Shown: one piece after another, positions 56,101-64,000 of the stretch
Layout: each line of letters begins with the position of its first letter
Numbering within the stretch: position 1 is the stretch's first letter
NCBI GenBank assembly: GCA_001244265.2
Contig: CDLV01000004.1
Location: forward strand, 3,224,001 to 3,288,000
Direction of reading: 5' to 3'
Length of the DNA stretch: 64,000 nt
Source of the DNA: Microbotryum violaceum
Lineage: Eukaryota
Notes under the pieces: model-generated
What the model was told of the DNA's origin: nothing
Databases searched by the model: none
Seen by the model: only the letters and a program-made list of their open reading frames with translations
Made by a program: the position numbers and the translations under genes

Positions 56101-58416
56101 AGTGGTATGTAGGACGCAAAATCGCAGACGTGGGCCTACTCAATGTGACCGACGATCAAAAAAAGCAGTGGATGGCGGAGGCTATCAAGATCGGTGAGAG
56201 TGTGGCTAAGGGTTGCGCTTTTCACTTCATCGAGCAAGTCCGAAGATTTGGACTCAAACATTTCGCCGAATCGGACGAGCGCAGCCACTTTGCCTCACTG
56301 GTCCATTCGATGCGCGCAGCAAAGTCTCATACAGCAATTGACGCTCTCGCCAAGTTCGTCATCGAGAAGTTCCCCGTGGCCGAAAGCTGGATCAAGTGGT
56401 GGACAAGACCGGCGATACGAAGTCTGGTGTCCAAGAATTTGAGTGGAACGGCGAACAACGGTGTGGCAACCACTACGAATGCGGTAGAATCGTCGCACTG
56501 GCTTCTGGTACATTCGTGCGGCAACGAACGATATCGTCCGGTGGAAGGGGTGATGCGGCTTCTTGACTTCGCGAATCTGACCGACAACATTGATATGCAT
56601 GCAGCTGGTCAGTTCGGCGCGCCTGCATCAGAACATTCTTCACCATTGAGTCTGACTTTATTCTCATCCCGTCCATGCAGATGGCTACGTCAAGAGCTCG
56701 ACCTATCACGAGCGAGGCAACACCCGCGCTCGTATGAAAGAGATCAAGGAACGCAAAGAAGTGCCTTCGTCTTATATCAGTGACGCCAACATGCCAGAAG
56801 CGTCAGTTGCGTTCGCTTCTCCTGCTCGTTATCCCGGGACAGGCGAATCCAAGTCATCAAGCGCGCCGCCCAGCTCGTCGTCGCGGCCCATGCCAGTCTC
56901 ACCGATTGAGATCGACGATTTGATCACGATAGATTCAGCTCGCTCACGGCAGCAACCCGTCGATCCGCGAAGCAAAAGGAAACTGCGCGGTGCGCAGTCG
57001 AGACCGGCCAAAGCGGTTTCCAAAAATGGGCCTATCATGACTTCTCAAGCGCTTTCCGACGAAGACGATTCGGACGACGATTTAATTGCTCTTCAATTAA
57101 CGCAATCAAGGCAATGGAGCTCATCCGGTCATGTCGAATCGTGCAGCACGACGGGGCGCTCGGCTGACTGCTCCACAAAACCGAAGGAAGCTTCCAGTTC
57201 CAAATCGCGTGCCAAATCTTCGGGCCGTTCATCGAGCGGCGCGGCGCGATCAATACGACCGACTCCTCTTTCAGTGAGGGCGCTCAGCGAGTGGACGGAA
57301 GAGAGGTCGAGATGTACGTATTTGACTGCTCAAGCGCGGATCTGCGGCCTCAAACCTACCCGACTCAAAGCGGTATCTCTCTTGCCTCACAGTTCTTGCG
57401 CTATTGGAAAAGCCCCAATCGTCTGGCAAGAACTACCGTGTACCTCGGAAATGGATGATCGCCGCCTTAGGGAAGCCGGAGTCAGACTTAGCGGTGGCAC
57501 ATATCCAGCCTGTGCCAAATTCGGGATTCGCGCCACCCAAATCTGCCGACTCCAAGTTCTTATCCACATCTCAAGCAAGCTTGGGATTATCTCCGCCGAA
57601 GGTTGTGTCCAGCTCGACGCCCCTCGAACTCCAAAGCAGCACGATTGCCACACTCCACGAAGACTTTTGGCTTCGATCCGAGCAGCAATGCAGCAAACAG
57701 ATTGGCATTGTCCAAGGTCCATGGCACAACCATTCCTGCTGGCTTGATTCAGCCTTGATTGGATTGCTTTCGGTCGCCACCGGACTGAAAGAGTGCCTAA
57801 TGCACACGGACTGCCTCTTTATCACCAACCCCTCCATGTGTGCCAAGCTGGAAATGGAGGAGACATTTGCACTTCAAGGTCGGACACTGGCCCTCGAGAT
57901 CTGGAGCCTCATTCGCGAGTACACGCAGCTAGCCTACGACTACGATTCGAAACCCGTAAAGGATGCATCCGATGCGTACTTCAAGCTGCGCGAGCGGATT
58001 ATCAGCTTGGTGATCATCTTATCAAAGGAACGTAAGAGTGATTATACAACTCCGCTCAAGCGAGGGGAATACAGCAACCCATCGGTCAGTCGATCAAGAT
58101 TATTTTGCTTACCATAAATCCGCATTGGGCTGATCGCTCTTGTCGTCCGCAGAGCTGGCTCGTGTCGCTTTACACCTTTACAGTCGACCACATACCAATA
58201 CCAATACCGCGGGATCACTTGCCAACCTCGACGGCCCGAGTTCAGATCGAAACCCACTTTCAGCGAGCCGGTTATTGCTCGGCTTGTCAGTGCGTACAAA
58301 TTGAGATCTTGCCAAGACGACACTTCATCGTCGACTGGCCCGTCCTACTATCGAGTCTAAACCTTAGCGAGCCAACTCTGTCGGAGGGTGCGGTAAGGAT
58401 ACGGGAGGTGCGGTAA
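53104..58416 (+). mobile_element. Mutator-like (MULE) DNA transposon coding region: GCM-like DNA-binding domain, DDE transposase, downstream cysteine-protease-like domain; degenerate
   Basis: RYCLGVFLC..C..RP and HSGFHNHPPP (GCM/WRKY fold); TDAHNTF (D), VVDYSAAQ (D), GCAFHF (CxxH), TTNAVESSH (E); WHNHSCWLDSAL; frameshift and stop near 55150-55185. Confidence 0.82.
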
Positions 58417-59298
58417 GGACACAGAAATTTTGAATCACTACAAGTCTTGCAATACACATGCTATCATGTAGTCCTTGCAGACACCATTCAGAAATAGTTG
58501 ATGTTACAATATCCAGATGAACAGATTTGGTTGTGTATTGACCTTAACTCATGTGTAAGGATATATCCTTACATGTATACAAGCCGGCCTCATATGGACA
58601 TGGGTACCATGGGTGGCGGCCCCGACTTCTCGATCTCGGGAGCAACTTGCCACGCCGTCCTGCCTCACAACCTCCTCGAAACGATCCGGCTCGTGCCGCC
58701 TCACAAATCTCCAGCGAGCCCAGGTCACAACTTAACAATACTGACATAGAATGTTTGAACATCCAGCACGAAGGTCAAGGAGAAGGCGTCGAGTGGATCA
58801 ACCCGGGCCCAGTCTCGCGTTTCTCGCATTGCACCTAGCGTCACTTCCCCGAGTCCGTGATCGAGGGAAACCTCCAAGCCGACACCGATCGTCTAACTAC
58901 ATCCAGTTGCACCAAAGAAGCAAGCGCCTCACCACGGCCCAAAGCACTGCATCACCGACGCTCAGGTTGCCAGCAGCTTGACCCCGGAGCAAATCGAGCG
59001 TGGCTTCGACGTTCACGAATAGGCCGCACGCAGCGTTACCGGGTTGCGGTGGGGTGCGTCGTCAAAGCAAACAAGGAAAGCCTTCGCTGTTCATCACGAG
59101 GCTGTTGATCGCGCGGCAGCCGCAACCACTGCGACCCCAAACTCAGAACACCGCTTTGTTCTCAGAACAACGAATGAAGAAGAGGTTTTCTGCTGTCTTT
59201 CGTCATGTGTTCTGTTTGACTCTTTGCTATTTGGATTTTATACTCCCGTTAATGCAACGGGATCTCACTGGTGTTCTATCTCAGATAAACACAACCTA

Positions 59299-61968
59299 TC
59301 AATCAGAAGCCATGGCTTCGGCCGTGGCTGACCTCCACTTGCGCTGCAACACAATACATTCCTTGAAGATCTCATACTTGACCTTGAGCAAACGCAACTC
59401 TTGATTCGAAGCCGAAGGTTTCACCGTTGTTCCGGGTTTGCTCATGCGAACCTGCAAGCCAAGCGGGGGCGAGTTCAGCTGAAGGGTCCCGAGTAAATCT
59501 ATTATCTAGAGAAGGGCACAAGAAAAACAGACCATGATGTCCCAAAGGCGTTCCTTCATGCCGTGACTGCCCTTTTCCGCCTCTTCTTGCGTAGTGAGAG
59601 CGGATCCGGCTGTCTTTGCCTCCGCCGCCGCCGCCGCACCAAGCATAGCAGACCCAATCACCACACTTGCAGAGTGTGAATGTGGGAGTTGTACAGAAAC
59701 ATTGCACACATCGGCGATGAGGCTGCGAAGGCGAGGAGGCAGGGAGGCGAGGTAAATGAGCCAAGTGGCGACAAAACTCGAGCCCAGATCCATCAGGGAC
59801 TCACCTCATGAGGAATCGGTTCTTCACAAGTCTGTGGGGATTGCAGGATAGGGTCAACATCTCTTGCTGGTACGCACCTGCCAGGCAAGAGCCTTCAACT
59901 CACCCTCCGCTCATGAAGATGGAGCGAATTTCATGACCATGTTGGTTCATCTCATCAATAATTTGACGAGTCTGCAGCGCAATCGCCTCCCCGGTTGCGT
60001 AATAACGCAACGCAAGGTCCGAGATGTTCTTGTCGAGGGCCATACCAATGAGCATGCCACGCATCTCATTATCGGCAAGGGGAGAGCGGTTGCCTGGACA
60101 TTACCAAAACATGCTCAACTGGGGATCGGAATTGGGCCCAAAAGAGAAGACGTACCGTGGAGATCTGGATAGAGCTGGACATTCTGCGTCAAGGCAGAGA
60201 TGAAAGGCACGCCCTTATCTTTCGCCATGGCGTCCAGAAGCTCAGTCAACAGTGAGAAGTGGTTCGTGCCTTGCTCCTTTGCAAGCGCTTTGAGCTTCTT
60301 TGAGGCAGGGTGGGTGTCTATCATGAAGTCGAGAAGCTGACCCGTGGACGACTGCCCGCCTTCATTCATCCAATCTGCACAAAATGGACCCGGGTCAGTC
60401 CTGAAGAGGTTTGAGTGACCCAACAAGAACGAAAACACAGTGCAAACACTCAGCTAACACGTACAACCAGGGAAGATTGCATGCTTGTAGGGTCCCCAGA
60501 CTCCGGGGACAAAAACTGCTTCCGGACTTTGAACAATATGGCACTGCCAAAAACGAAGATTGGGTCAACAACAAGCACCGTAGGGTCCATTGACTTAGCG
60601 GCTCGACTGACAGTACTTGTTCCAGCGATAGCTGCAAGCCGGTATTTACTGTCGTCCAAAGAGGTGTACTTCTGGCCTTCCATCGGTGCCGCAACTGTCC
60701 CAATCCACCCGGCGTACGCATCGATGACCCCTGAACCGACCGCCGTACTCTCCAGCAACCCGAGTTCTGCTGCAGCTTTCGCGGAAAGACCTCGTCCCAC
60801 AGGTTGCCCAGCAGTTAAAATAAGACCCGACTTTCCGGGCGTACCACCAATCTGCTTGAACTCGTTCTTGACCTGGACCAAGGGAGAGAATGAGCAGTGC
60901 ATCAGCCCGAGCGTCCCTGATTGGCCCCCTAATAGGACAGCCTGCCCTATAGCGCACAAAGTCATCTAGGCCAATAGCCTGAAAAAGTTCGTCGTTCCAG
61001 CCTTTACTGCCCTCCACTCCCGGCGGCACATACGAGCACTTGCATGCCAACGAGCAGTTGCTGCGCGCCAAGTCGCCAGTCGCGCGGTAAGTGAGGAAGT
61101 CAGGCAGGTCGAAGAACATGCACTGCTGGAAGAGCGCGGCGGGCATGTGACGCTTCAACCACAAGATCTGTCGAACAATCAGATGGAGATCCAGGAGGAT
61201 ACGGTAAGCGCGGACATTCGAGCTGTGAGAGGTGTTGCACCTGAGGAATTGCCCCACCTTGGGTAATTCCATCTCCAACGAGACTGTGCCTCCGACGAAC
61301 TTAAGCACCATACTTCCGGTAGCGTTGATGTCTTTAGCTTCTTTGTACGCTCGATGATCGGCCCACAAAATGATGTCGTGCACTGGTTCCCCTTCGGGAC
61401 CTCCGGAGTGGTGCTCGCCAGACCACGCGGAAGGGTTAACGGGGACGGGGCTACCATCCTCGAGGTTACAAACGGCGAGTGAGCAGGTCGCATCGAACCC
61501 AATGCCTTTGACAGTGGCATTGGACACTTTTGAGCTCTTCAGAACGTCTTGACACGCCTTGGAGACGCAACTCCAGACTGGCAAAGATATGGGAGCATCC
61601 GACTGGTGAGCCAAGCTCAAAGGACTACGGGCCACGTCGAGCGTCCGGAGGTCTGCAAGAATCCGGTTCAGCGATAAAGTCATACTCACTTTCGTCAGTG
61701 GACTGTTCAAAGATTTTGGCATCTTTAGCGTCGCGAAATGAGGTTGTGTTGTAGGCCGATTCGGCGACAACGGCGCCTTGTTCGTCAACAAGCGCGGCCC
61801 GAGCGGAACCTGTCCCACTACGTCATCGGCAAGCACCGCAGAGCCAAATGACAGGAAGAAGATGAGTATTGGCACGATGCAGTTCGTGTGGATAGAAGCA
61901 CGGTTTGGACAACCCAACATAGATGATCATAACCCCACTTACACGTCAACGCCGATGTAGTAACTCAT
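59299..61968 (-). CDS. FGGY-family carbohydrate kinase (D-ribulokinase/YDR109C-like), multi-exon
   Basis: MSYYIGVDVGTGSAR, KGIGFDATCSLAV, ILWADHRA, SLEMELPK, FFDLPDFLT, VIDAYAGW, AIAGTST, NEGGQSSTGQL, PDLHGNRSP, SAMLGAAA. Confidence 0.93.
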
Positions 61969-62109
61969 GGCTTGTTCGATCTCGAAGATTGGGTAGGAGC
62001 AAGAAGGGCAGAGGGAGAGGTGCACCTCTGGCTATATAGAGCACGTACACATAACCAGACAAAACGGCTCTAATCGCTCGTCACTCTGGGCAGGACCCCC
62101 GAAAGGCCA

Positions 62110-64000
62110 GCCAGAGGCGCATGCGGAAAAACGCACTTTTTTGGCCTTTTTGTCAAAGTTTTTTACCCTATTTTGGCCCCAAATGTCAAAATTTCGCATG
62201 CGCTTCGGAAATATTATCAAAATGTGTTCTACATGCTCCAAACATCGCTCAAAAGTCCTCGAAAACGCCTTCCGAGCGTTTGCGAACTTGCGGCGGCCTA
62301 TCGAAAGTGGCTTGCGGCGCGCGTCGCTTCGGCTGGTGTTGCGCGTGGCTCCACGCTTCAAACAAGCCTTCCTTGCTTGGCTGGCTGGCTCGCTGCTTCG
62401 TTGTCAGACTTCCTTTTTGCTGAAGTTGAGCTCCTTGTTTCCGCGGTGGCATTTGTGCGACTTGTAGAGGTTCTGCCGGCGGCATCTCGCAGGCCGGGCA
62501 CGCTCCGAAGGGCGGCAAACCTTTGCTCGGCATGTGCGCTCGTGCTGATTAGGCGCTCGTCCGGGTAACATGAGGTAAGGTCCGTGGTTGAACGATATGT
62601 AGTCGTTGACGGGCCTAATGACTCGATGACCTGTCGACCATCAATCATGCGGAACGGCATAGTGCCATCAATGAGGTGTGTGGAATAGCATGTTTTCTTG
62701 ATGAGGCGAAGCTCCTGTACGACGACATTTGAGAGTAGAACCAACGAGGCAAGCGTGTCTTGGTTGCAGTGGTTTGTTGTCACTTTGCTGTAGATGTGTC
62801 GCACTGTAGGACACAATACTTGTGTCAAACGAGAACTTCCTCAACTGCCACTCAAAACAACGCGCGTACGAATTCCGATAGACAGCGCTTCTTCTCCATA
62901 AACAGTTTGATCGCAGCTGAGTGAATGCATGCCACACTTGAGGCCAAAGCAGATCAGAGATCCAATATCAAATGGTGTGGCAGCGGTTACAGCTCCGTCA
63001 AGCGATCCAAAATGAGGATAGCGTTGTGCTAGCGCTCCGTACTGCTTGTCTCTCTCAGGGAGCTTTTCCTAAAAGTATAGGACCGGCAAAACATTAGATC
63101 CAGCTGCCTTCGTTCCTAAATTCAGCAACAACTCACTTGAATGTGGCCGTCCTCAATATAGGCGTTCTTCTGAATCTCGCTCAAGCTCCTCGTCGTGTCC
63201 GCCATGTCTTCGCAGCGAGATGGTGCCATGGACTGTACCAACCCTTTCAAGACGCATGAATGTGTTGTACTGCGTCCTTCCTCTGTATTGCTAACCCCTA
63301 CGCCTCCCTCTCCGCGAGTTGGGTCGCTCGATTCCATCGGCCTCCCTTGAGTAGAACAGCTTGAGGTGGCTACACTTATGAGCAGCTTGATGGGCAATCA
63401 GGTTGGCCAGTTCAGCGAGAAATTGGTATCGCGAGCATCGACAACTTGAGGCGGAAGTTTCAAGTGTGTGGGCTGTGTAGAACCAAACACGCGTGAGCTT
63501 AGACCAAAATTTCGATAGTTGAGCTTGGTAGACGCACGATTGGTCGTGAGAAGCTGTTTACCTTCTCAACGGCATCGAGTAGATGATAAGGTCGAGTAGT
63601 GGGTCAGCTCGTCTTTGGACAACTCGATGTGAAGAGACGCGTCGGCGGGAGCGACATCGAAGGCGAGGAGCTCGGCGATCGTCATGTTCGTGTTGGTGAG
63701 CGGTAATAATCAATCGAAGGCATCGTTCAAGGCCTGCATGGGATGATGTTGTCGTGCTATGCTCCAATCTCGGACCGAAGTGAAGCGGAACGGAACCTGC
63801 GCCCCTTCAATATCGAATCGGCTTAATCCCTCACAGCCACTTAACTCAAGTGATTACGGAAGATGGCTAGTACTAAGTGACTTGTTCAAGCGCGAGCATC
63901 GCGAAACGCGTCTCGAAGCGAAGGCAAACGGGCCCAAAGTCATGCCGTAGGCTGCTCAGGGTAGGCCAAAATTGGGCCGACTCACGGGAAAATGTCAAAA
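62110..64000 (-). mobile_element. Possible degenerate DNA-transposon remnant, family uncertain
   Basis: Broken ORF fragments (LKCGMHSL..VYGEE; STSAHAEQRFAALR) loosely recalling KDZ-type transposases; repeat-rich end near 62110-62290. Confidence 0.25.

Noticed and set aside
58600-59250. Short ORFs between the MULE and the FGGY kinase
   Set aside because: No recognisable motifs; probably TE debris or 3' UTR.

Overview
Eukaryotic, intron-rich, GC-rich fungal DNA. Splice signals and gene content point to a basidiomycete, probably Microbotryomycetes such as the anther smut Microbotryum; this is an inference. Positions 1-31.2 kb are a dense block of housekeeping genes: NEO1-type flippase, PHS1, ATP synthase inhibitor and subunit h head-to-head, RPL21, a LIMK/TESK-like kinase, RPS9, NST1, RPC2, an EEF1AKMT4-like methyltransferase and IPI3. 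Positions ~32-59 kb are a nested, rearranged transposon island containing a LINE, two chromoviral Gypsy elements, two Copia elements, a tyrosine-recombinase retroelement, solo LTRs and a Mutator-like transposon. An FGGY sugar kinase follows. The most striking feature is at 31971-33578: a full-length U2 snRNA-like sequence with an upstream TATA-like element sits ~55 nt in front of ORF1/ORF2 of an APE-endonuclease (L1/Tx1-type) retrotransposon. Its stems are intact but the Sm site and loop IV are mutated. This suggests a U2-targeting or U2-headed LINE in a fungus. Also notable are an internally inverted Copia with a telomere-repeat patch at a junction and a MULE carrying GCM-like and USP-like protease domains. 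Exon boundaries were read by eye and are approximate.
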